Assembly (NCBI RefSeq): GCF_048593235.1
Contig: NC_133619.1
Coordinates: 649,428,558-649,492,557 of the forward strand
DNA: 64,000 nucleotides
Direction of reading: 5' to 3'
Source of the DNA: Sminthopsis crassicaudata
Lineage: Eukaryota
The number at the start of each line of letters is the position of its first letter. Positions within the stretch are counted from its first letter, which is position 1. A program made the position numbers and the translations under genes. This document shows positions 54,867-64,000 of this stretch, piece after piece. The notes under the pieces are model-generated. The model saw only the letters and a program-made list of their open reading frames with translations, had not been told where the DNA came from and made no database searches.

Positions 54867-57800
54867 ATGGAGAACGGGGCCCAAGAGAGCCTGGAAGACG
54901 GGGACGTGGAGGTGAGCGGCGTGGGGGTGTAAAGGGGAGGCAGAGACCATAAACCAAAGAAATGGAGAAGAGGAAGGATCGGGTGGGAGGAAACAAGACA
55001 GAGGCATCTGCAGAAAGAAATGCGCTGGGCTGGGAAAAGGAGAAAGATGGGCTGGATCGAGGGAGAGAAACACATGTGGAGTCACTGAGACAGAAGGAAC
55101 TGGACATGGAGAAGGGGGCAGAGACAGAAACTCGGGAGAAAAGCTGGCAGTGGGGGGTGGCCAGGCTGTTCCTGGGGGGACCCCGGCCTGAAGCGGTGCT
55201 GTTCTCCAAGGCTCGGGAACAGGTGGGCCAGTCCCTCAGAGTGACTCACTGTGAGTCACCAACCCCACCCTGGGACCGTGACCCAATTGTTGACCCTTGG
55301 TCTCCCCTATAGGATCCCCTCATCCCTCCAAAGGGCGCTCTAGCTTGATAGAACGAAAAAAACTTCCCAAATAATTAGCCGGGTCCGCATTTCAGCAGCT
55401 ACCTGGGAGGGAGGGAGTTTCCCCTGACTGGAAGGGGAGGACTCCATTAGAGGGATATAAGTGGAGCTTGCTAGCCTCCCTGGGAAATCTGAAATTCTGT
55501 GACCTCCCCCTCCCTCCCTTCCACCTTAGATCCTCTGGCTTGAAATCTCCCAGCACCCAGAACCATGGAGTCTTATCTAAAAGCGCTTAGAGATTGAGCT
55601 TTCCTTAACTCTACAGATTTAGAAACCGAGGCCCACAGTGTCAGGTTACCCAGAATCATTGACAGGTTACTCAGGCTCTCTCCTTCCCTCTTACTCTTGC
55701 TGTCTTTCTCACTCTCTTTTCTGTTTCTTGTCTCTGCCTCTGTCTCTGTCTTGTCTCTTTCTCTTTGTCTCGGTGTCTTGTCTCTCTGTCTCTCTCTCTC
55801 TGTGTCTCTGTCTTGTCTCTGTCTCTGGGTTTCTCTCTCTTTGCCTCTGTCTTGTCTCTCTGTCTCTGTCTCTCTCTTTCTGTGTCTCTGTCTCTGTCTT
55901 GTCTCTCTCTGCCTCTATCTCTGTTTTGTCTCTGTCTCTGTCTCTGTATCTCTCTCTGNNNNNNNNNNNNNNNNNNNNNNNNNNNNNNNNNNNNNNNNNN
56001 NNNNNNNNNNNNNNNNNNNNNNNNNNNNNNNNNNNNNNNNNNNNNNNNNNNNNNNNNNNNNNNNNNNNNNNNNNNNNNNNNNNNNNNNNNNNNNNNNNNN
56101 NNNNNNNNNNNNNNNNNNNNNNNNNNNNNNNNNNNNNNNNNNNNNNNNNNNNNNNNNNNNNNNNNNNNNNNNNNNNNNNNNNNNNNNNNNNNNNNNNNNN
56201 NNNNNNNNNNNNNNNNNNNNNNNNNNNNACACAGCGTTGGCCCTTCAGCGTCTGGTTGACCTCACAGCCAGAAGGGTGACTCAAGTCCGGAGTCTGAGGT
56301 CCTGCTACCGCCTGGTCCAGGAGTTGGGGGCCGGCACCTATGGCCGTGTCCTCCTGGCCCGACCCCGTCGAGGGGGTAAGCGGGGGTCCGTGGTGTGGGG
56401 GAGACGTCTCAGTTCCCAGGAGCCCATGATTCTCCCCATGGGGACGGGGACACAGGATACCCAGCACAGGGCCCAAGGTTCTGGCCTCCTCCCAGCTGTC
56501 CTGGGGGGCTGGCCCCTCGCTGCACAGAGGAGGAAGTCAGGATCCAGAGCAAAGGTGGGCCAGGAGACAATGGCCTCAGCGCTGGAGGCCAGACCCAGGC
56601 CCCTTCATCCCTGCTCTCCTGGTGTCCTCCTTTCCCAAGGTCCCCCTGTCGCCCTGAAGCTGCTCCCTCGGACCTCTGCGTCCCGGGCCACATTCCTCCG
56701 GGAGTTCTGCGTGGGTCGCTGTGTCTCCTCGCACCCGGGCCTGCTCAGCACCCTGGCCCCCCCGCTGCAGAGCCCCCGCCACTACGCCTTTGCCCAGGAG
56801 CTCGCACCATGCGGCGATCTCAGTGCAATGTTGGAGGAGAGGGTGAGGTCCCAAACCGGCCCCGGAGCGGGGGAAGCGGCTCAGGGGCCGGGGCTCCGGG
56901 GGCCCGGAGCTTGGGGTGCGGGGCTGGGGGGGAGAGCGGGCCCGGTCTTGGCCGGCTGCAGGCCAAGAAGAGGCTCAGAGACCGTATTGGAGTCACCGAG
57001 ACGGAGCCGGGGTCCGGGGCTCCATCAGGAGCAGGGCTGGGGCTGGCGGGAGGCTGGGAAGGGACCGGGCCGGGGAGCTGGTGGGGGGCAGCGGCCGCTG
57101 AGACTTGGGGGCTGTTCGTGGCAGAGGCTCGGAGCGCGGGCCCTGGGGGCTGGAAGGGAGGCCCGTTCATGGAAGCTTTGGGCAGCGTTTGCTGGGAGAT
57201 CTCACCAGCCCCGGAGCAGCCCCTGGGCTCTCTCGGACGGGGGTCCCAGAAGGGAAGTGCTTGCTGGCGTCCGGAGCCACATGCCCGCTCCAGTCTCCCT
57301 GACCTTATTTCCCACACTTTGTCCACTGTGCATCAGGGCTACCCTCAAGCTGCCCTGGCTCTGGCCACTCTGGGGGGCCTGGGCTCGGCCACTCTGGGGG
57401 CCCCGGGCTGCCCTGGCTCTGGCCACTCTGGGGGTCCTGGGCTCGGCCGCTCTGGGGGCCCCGGGCTGCCCTGGCTCTGGCCACTCTGGGGGGCCTGGGC
57501 TCGGCCGCTCTGGGGGCCCCGGGCTGCCCTGGCTCTGGCCACTCTGGGGGTCCTGGGCTCGGCCGCTCTGGGGGCCCCAGGCTGCCCTGGCTCTGGCCAC
57601 TCTGGGGGGCCTGGGCTCGGCCACTCTGGGGGCCCCGGGCTGCCCTGGCTCTGGCCACTCTGGGGGCCCCGGGCTGCCCTGGCTCTGGCCACTCTGGGGG
57701 TCCTGGGCTCGGCCGCTCTGGGGGCCCCGGGCTGCCCTGGCTCTGGCCACTCTGGGGGGCCTGGGCTCGGCCGCTCTGGGGGCCCCGGGCTGCCCTGGCT

Positions 57801-59207
57801 CTGGGGGCCCCGGGCTGCCCTGGCTCTGGCCACTCTGGGGGTCCTGGGCTCGGCCGCTCTGGGGGCCCCAGGCTGCCCTGGCTCTGGCCACTCTGGGGGG
57901 CCTGGGCTCGGCCGCTCTGGGGGCCCCGGGCTGCCCTGGCTCTGGCCACTCTGGGGGGCCTGGGCTCGGCCGCTCTGGGGGCCCCGGGCTGCCCTGGCTC
58001 TGGCCACTCTGGGGGGCCTGGGCTCGGCCGCTCTGGGGGCCCCGGGCTGCCCTGGCTCTGGGGACCCCGGGCTGCCCTGGCTCAGACTGCATTGCCCCAC
58101 CATTTTCCATCTCTGCCTCAGCCCTTCGTGGCCCTGTCTGGCGTCTGAGCCTGTGAGGGGGAAAGGTCCGGAGGGGAGGGGATTTCCACAGGGTCAGGGT
58201 GAGCGGAAGCCAGGCAGCCTCAGCCCGAGTCCCCATTCAGGGCTGAAAGAAGCTGGGAGAAGACCAGGGGGCGCCTTGGAAGTTGGGGGGCTCTTACCCA
58301 GTTTTAAGAGTCAGGCCAAGGCACTTCTACATTCCCAGGAAACAAAGGGGAAACCGGGGAGGAGGCTGGCCAGGGTTCGGTTCGGGAGGAGGCTGGCCAG
58401 GGTTTGGTTCGGGAGGAGGATGGGTTTGGGAGGAGATGGGCCGGGTCGTCCCCCCCCCGCCCCCCCCCCCCGGGCCCAGAGCGAGGCCCCTGAGCCTGAC
58501 CTCTCCCCTGGCAGGGCCTCCCCGAGCGGCCGCTGAAGCGCGTGGGGGTCCAGCTGGCCCGGGCCCTGGACTTCCTGCACTCCCGGGGCCTGGTCCACGC
58601 CGATGTCAAGCCCGACAACGTGCTGGTGTTTGACAGAGCCTGCCGCCGGGTGGCCCTGGGGGACTTCGGGCTGACCCGGCCCGAGGGCTGCCCGGCGCCC
58701 GCGCCGCCCGGCCCCCTGCCCTCGGCGCCCCCCGAGCTGTGCCTCCTGCGGCCCCCCGCCGCCCTGGCCCTGCGGCCCGAGCTGGACTCCTGGGGGCTGG
58801 GAGTGCTCCTGTTCTGTGCCGCCACGGCCGCCTTTCCCTGGGCCGTGGCCCTGGCTCCCGACCCCGGGTTCGAAACCTTTGCGGCCTGGCAAACCGCTCG
58901 GCCCCCGCCGGCCCTGCCGCCCCAGCCCTGGGCCCAGTTCTCCGCCGCGGCGCAGACCCTCCTCCGGGGGCTGCTGGCCCTCGAGCCCGAGGAGAGGAGC
59001 CCACCCATCGCTGTGCTGGACTGGGTTGGGGAGGCCTGGGTGGTGGGGGACGTAGGGGAGGGGGAGGGGGTGGGGGAGGAGAGGGAGGAGGAGGAGAGGG
59101 GCTGGGAGGAGGGGGAAGGTGCTGGTGGAGAAGAGGAGAGCAGCTTGGATGAGGGGGGAGAGGAAGAGGAGGAAGCTGGGCTGGGGCCGGCCCCAGGGAC
59201 TCCCTGA
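54867..59207 (+). CDS. SBK3: SBK family kinase 3; exons 54867-54911, about 56225-56375 (start in gap), 56640-56842, 58515-59207
   Basis: MENGAQESLEDGDVE|..DTALALQRLVDL..GAGTYGRVLL..VALK..FLREFCVGRCVS..|GLPE..LHSRGLVHADVKPDNVLVF..DFG..PELC. GT-AG boundaries with consistent phases (0,1,0). The exon-2 acceptor and about 4 nt lie in the N-gap. Confidence 0.9.
55690..55958. repeat. (TC/TG)n low-complexity tract running into an assembly gap
   Basis: Directly visible; N-gap at 55959-56228. Confidence 0.85.
57349..58083. repeat. GC-rich 58-bp minisatellite in SBK3 intron 3
   Basis: Unit gctgccctggctctggccactctggggggcctgggctcggccgctctgggggccccgg, with shorter (about 36- and 24-bp) deletion variants. 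Confidence 0.95.
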
Positions 59208-59645
59208 CCAGGTGGTGAGGCAGGTGGCCTGGGCCCCAGCCAGGTCCTCCCCCCTAACCCCCCCACAGGAGCCACCTGGACTGAGGAGACAGCTGGCCTG
59301 AGGGGGAGGGGGGAGGCGTCCTTTCTACCTAGTCCAGGAGCCCAGGGGCCTGGCATCCTCCCCCCACCCCCCCAGGGGTCCTGCTCCCTCCTCCCACCCC
59401 CTCTAGAGGTCCTGCTCCCTCTCTAACACCCCCCCCAGGGCCTGGCTCCCTGGAGTTCCAGTGAATTCCTGCAGGCGGCGGATGCCCTGGCTGCCATCCC
59501 GGGAGGGGCAGCTGGGATTGGAGCCCCCTCCCCGACCCCCCCCTCACTCTCCCAGGGCAGTGACTGCCTCAGGGTCACACGGACGGGGGAGGCCTGGATG
59601 GCTGGGGCCCTTGGACGGCACTGCCTGGGGGCAGGACGGTTAGCC

Positions 59646-59651
59646 AATAAA
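59646..59651 (+). terminator. Poly(A) signal of SBK3
   Basis: AATAAA about 440 nt downstream of the stop codon. Confidence 0.7.
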
Positions 59652-61515
59652 GCCTCCCTGGTGCACTTGTCTCCTTTGTCCTGGAGAAATGGGCTGGGAG
59701 GGCGAGGCCAGGTGGGGCCCCGGGTGCTCAGAGCCCTCCCCGGGGGCGCCCGCTCCCCCCTGTCGGGGATTTAAAGCCGGGCAGCTGGAGCCGATGAGGT
59801 CAGTGGGCAGATGTTTCCTGGGAAAGCCCCTTCCCCGAGCCTGCCCGAGCCCCGGGGGGAGGGGGGAGAGCTGGGGCCCAGCCTCTAAGGAGCTGGCCCT
59901 CTGCCGCCCCTCCCCCAGCGGTGCCCCTGTGATGGGCCCGAGACAAGTGGGGGGGGGGGCGAAACGGGGGCGGGCGGGCTGAGAACGAGGCAGCTGGATA
60001 CCAGGCTGATGTGGTGGGTCGTGATCTCAGAGCATCCAGGCCGTGCTGGAGCCCTGGGGGGGCCGGGGCCTTGAGGGCAGGCCATCCGTCCCTGGGGCGC
60101 TCTCTGATGCTCTGGGGGGCGCCCGGCTCCCCTCGCCCACCCGTGGGCAGTAACCGGAGGGCCCACACGGTGTCGCTCTGGCCCTGGGGGGGAAGGGGGA
60201 CATGGGGGAGGGGCCTGGGGAGGGGTGTGGCCAAGGCCCCCCACGGGGCAGGGGGGCAGGGGGCGGGGTCTCTGGGCCTATGGCCTGGCTTGGGGTTGGC
60301 AGCCACCCCAATCAGCCGGGGCACTGACCAGAGGAGGTAGCGAGAGACCCGGAGCCCTTGGGGGAGGTGAGACTTCAGGGGTTGGGGGCTGCCTGATGGG
60401 CGGGAGCCTTGGGCAAGGCCTCTGAGCCTGGGTGTTCTGGGGGGGCCGCAGGGCCTTGGGAAGTGGGGCCCGGGGGTCGTGGGGACGGGTCCTGCCGGAG
60501 GCCGGGGCTGGGGCGCAGGCGTCTGGGAGCCAGCGCAGCATGGGCGGGGAGCTCAACACCAAAGTCCCGACGGAGCGGGCGGCTGGGGTCCCTCCCAGGC
60601 TCCCGGCGCAGAGAGGAGCCGGGGCCCCAAAGCCACAGGCTCTGACAGCGCCAGGGGGGCCTGGAGGGCAGACTCCTGGGCCCTGCAGGGGGTGTGAGCC
60701 CGAGGGCCTGGCCCCTCAGATTCCTAAAAGCAGTGAAAGTTTGGGGCAGGAACCTGGGCAGGAAGGGGTTGAGGGGCTGGGGGCCTCGCGCTGAGGCTCC
60801 TGGGAAATGGGAACCCAACTGCCTGGTCTCTGGGAGAGAAAAGACTGGGCCTTTTAGCCGGAGTGTTAGACTCGGGACCAAAGGCCCAGACCCCCAGGAC
60901 CGAGGCCAGGATGCAGAGCCCCTAACAGAATTGAGGGCCGGGTCCTCCAGGGGTTTCCGGCTGCCTATGGCCGCCCATGGCCTGAACTCCTGGGTTCCTG
61001 AGGCGCCTGGTGCCAAAATCCTGTCTCCATCTTGTCCGCCCCCACCCCCACCCTGCTTCAGCTTTCTTAACCCTGCCCCTGGGGGTGAGGAGCACCTGTC
61101 TTCTCATGAAATGAGGACTCTGATTCCCCCCCCAAGTTTGTTTGCTTTGGAGACAGTGGGGGCTGGCTTCTCCTGCCTGGTTCATCTTTCCTCCCACTGG
61201 AGGCCCGGCTGGGGGGGAGGGGGAGGGATTTGAGAGGGCGGGGTCTAGAGAAGAGGGGCCCTCTCTGACCCCCGCCCCCGGCCCCATGCCTCAGTGGTCA
61301 GCTTTCTTAACTTTTCTGACTTTCTCTCAAAACCCACCCATCCGGAGCTGGCAGCGAGTTCCCCACCCTACATGCCTCTGGGGTCCCTGCGGGAGCCCAG
61401 AGATCTGGACTCACTTGGTGGGGAGAGGCTGGAGCTGGGAACCCTAATACCCTCCTCCCACTATGAGCCCGGCCCCTCCTCTGGTCACTGGTCCGGCCTG
61501 GCTTTTCCAGTCACC

Positions 61516-63590
61516 ATGACGGGAGAAAAGGGCGAGGAGGATGAGGAGGACCTGAGCTGGGACCTGGAGGACCTCACCATGGAGGAGCTGAGTGAGGGGC
61601 AGGCAGCTGCTCGGGCCCTGGAGGACACACTGGCTTTGAGCTCCCAGGCGCTGCTTCGGACCGAGGTTGAGGACCTCTACAATGAGGTCCGCCAGCTGGG
61701 CCAGGGCCGCTTTGGCCGAGTCCTGCTGGTCACCCACCGACAAAGAGGTAGTTAGGAGGGACGGGAGCGGGGCTGCCGGGTCTGGGGTCCCCAGGGGAAT
61801 AGCAGAGGGCCAAAGGGACGACGGCGAGTTACCCAAAGGAGGGGTAGACCCGCCACCCGCCCTAGGGGGCCTTGCCTCTGACAGTACAGGGCAGGGGCAA
61901 GAAGCCTCAGGATGTGCTCAAATCAGAACCAGGCTGGCCCTGGGAGTGCAGCCCCAGGACTGGGGGGCCCCAGGGCTGACAGCCCCACGGGGCCTCGAGG
62001 CCCCAGCCCATCCAGGCTGCTTGAGCCCCGTGGACCCGAGTTCACGTACTGGATGTGTGCCCTTGTTTGTGAGCTCCTCTCCTGGGGGTCAGCCGGCCAG
62101 CTAGCCTGGGCCCAGGACTGCCACGTGAGCCTTCAGCTCCCGCTTCCATAAAGCAAGCGGTCTGCTCTCCGCCCAGGCCAGTGTCTTGGGCCCAGTCTGG
62201 CTCTGGCCCTCCGCCAATCCTTGCTCTTCCTTCCCTCCCGCGGGGTCCCTCAGGGACCGCCATGGCCCTCAAGCTTCTCTCCAAGGCCTCGACAACGCGC
62301 CAAGGTTTCCTGTATGAGTTCTGTGTGGGGCTGACCCTCGGCTCTCACCCCGGCATCGTGGCCACCTACGGGATCGGGCTGGAGACCCAGACCTGCTACG
62401 GCTTCCTCTCGGAGCCGGCCCTGCACGGGGACCTCATTGCCCTGATCCAACCCAAGGTAGGTCAGCAGCCTGCAGGCGCAGGGAGACCAGGGGACGCCCA
62501 CAGGGGCAGGAGCCTCTGAATCTGGGGGCCTCCTGCCGAGCTCTCAGGGTATCTGGAAAGACTCCCCAAGAGGAGCTCCGGGAAGCCCCGGGAGTCTGGG
62601 TGATGACTCCTCAGACAGGATCCTCAGGGGCCTCAGAGAAGGCAGGAAGGAGAAGCTAAGGCTCCCCGGGTCTGCCAAAGGCGTTGGTTCTGAGGAAAGG
62701 GGAGGGGGTTCTAGTAAATCAGGGGGGGGGTTAAGAGGAGGTTTGGGTTCCGGGGAGGGGGGGAATCGATGCTCGGCCAGGTCAGCCCAGAGGATCACAG
62801 AACTCTAGGACGTTGGGGCCGGGTCATCCATTCCAGTGAGTCCATCTGGGTGGGTGGCAGACGATGGCTGCGAAGCGCTGGGGACAAGTGGGGATTGCTC
62901 AGAGGCAGGACAGCCGGGCGGGCCGAGGGCGCTGAGCCCAGGGCTGGGGCCTGCCTCTCTTGCTCCCCACAGAGGGGCCTTCCTGAGGCAGCAGCTCAGC
63001 TCTGTGCGCAGCAGCTCTCCTCGGCCTTGGAGCACGTCCATTCCCGGGGCCTCGTATACCGAGACCTGAAGCCCGAAAACGTGTTGGTCTTTGAGCCGGG
63101 CTGTCGGAGGGTGAAGCTGACCGACTTCGGGCACACCCGGCCCCGGGGGACCCTGCTGCGCCTGGCCGGGCCCCCCATCCCCTACACCGCCCCCGAGCTC
63201 TGCGGCCCCAGCCGCCGGCCTCAAGGGCTGCCCATCCAGCCCTCACTGGACGCCTGGGCCCTGGGGGTCCTTCTGTTCTGTCTCCTCACTGGCTACTTCC
63301 CCTGGGACCAACCGCTAGCTGGGGAGGACCCCTTCTACCAGGACTTCCTGGACTGGAGAGCCTCCGGGAGGGCCTGTGACCGCCCCGCCCCTTGGGCCGC
63401 TCTGAGCCCCGTGGCCGACCGGCTGCTGGGGCTGCTGCTTGACCCTCGGCCCCGGCTCAGGGGCCCCGTGGGCTCCGTCCGGGCCTTTCTGGGCCAGTGC
63501 TGGCAGGAGAGGGCCGGGAGCCCACAGCTGGCCAGGAAGAGGGAAGAGAGGGAGGGGGAGGAGGGGGAGCAGGAGGAGGGGGCCGAGTGA
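61516..63590 (+). CDS. SBK2: SBK family kinase 2 (350 aa); exons 61516-61747, 62254-62456, 62973-63590
   Basis: LTMEEL..AARALED..GQGRFGRVLLVTHRQR|GTAMALK..GFLYEFCVGL..IQPK|RGLPE..YRDLKPEN..DFGHTRPRGTLLRLAGPPIPYTAPE matches recalled SBK2. GT-AG boundaries; the 203-nt middle exon equals the length of SBK3 exon 3. Confidence 0.95.
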
Positions 63591-63753
63591 GGGAGGCTAG
63601 GAAGCAGCCCCAAAGAGGCCCGGTCCCCTCTGCACTCTTCCTCAGTTTCCCTCTGCTGCTCGCTCGCTGCCCTGTCTGGCCTTCTCCTCCTGTTCCCTTC
63701 TGTTTTCGGACTGCCTTTCTTTCTCCTGGGTCTGGATCTGGCCTCCTGTCTCC

Positions 63754-63759
63754 AATAAA
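63754..63759 (+). terminator. Poly(A) signal of SBK2
   Basis: AATAAA about 165 nt downstream of the stop codon. Confidence 0.7.
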
Positions 63760-63809
63760 GCCTCGCCATACCTGTGGTTGCTGTCCTGTCTGAGCAGGTG
63801 GTCCTGGGG

Positions 63810-64000
63810 TGGGGGTGTGAGTGATTGTATGTGTGATTGTCAGTGAGTGTTGTGATTGTGAGAGTGATTGTGTGTGTCTGTGATTGTACATCAGTATGTT
63901 GTGTCATTGTGTGTATGAATGATTGTGTGTTTGTGATTGTGATATTATGTGTTAGTGTGAAAGATTGTGTGTGTGTTGTGTGTCTGTATGTCCGTGTGTC
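63810..64000. repeat. TG-rich low-complexity tract
   Basis: Directly visible degenerate (TG)n and gtgatt repeats. Confidence 0.85.

Noticed and set aside
55697-58536. 819-aa, 713-aa and 200-350-aa ORFs spanning SBK3 introns
   Set aside because: Produced by an N-gap plus a stop-free GC-rich minisatellite. Only the spliced kinase exons match SBK3.
59765-59805. TATA-like atttaaag, E-box and gag|gtcagt donor as SBK2 exon 1
   Set aside because: The spacing leaves almost no exon and other candidate donors exist; cannot be supported without transcript data.

Overview
A GC-rich marsupial genomic window. The core-SINE and L1 styles suggest a dasyurid (inference). It is orthologous to the human 19q13.42 non-KRAB zinc-finger/SBK cluster, read in reverse. 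Gene order: ZNF580-like (-), a decayed ZNF784 relic (+), about 16 kb of repeats including a 3.5-kb 41-bp minisatellite, ZNF865 (-), a nested-transposon block, ZNF524 (-) head-to-head with FIZ1 (+), ZNF579 (+), SBK3 (+), SBK2 (+). ZNF865 and ZNF579 carry clustered 1-bp indels that look like assembly errors. There are three N-gaps (10952-11083, 31482-32066, 55959-56228). The most unusual object is an 820-bp TG...CA element (31303-32122) with a 6-bp target-site duplication, inserted in an L1 that is itself inserted in an L2. Both of its ends are the same terminal sequence in inverted, snap-back form. It contains an 18S rRNA fragment that starts at the position of the RT-blocking m1acp3-pseudouridine (human U1248). 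Other highlights: a probable unitary ZNF784 pseudogene, a 131-aa acidic repeat in FIZ1, a four-fold duplicated promoter module upstream of ZNF579, and a zone of CpG-rich old LINE relics downstream of ZNF865. All orthology and repeat-family calls rest on my recall of reference sequences, not on database searches.
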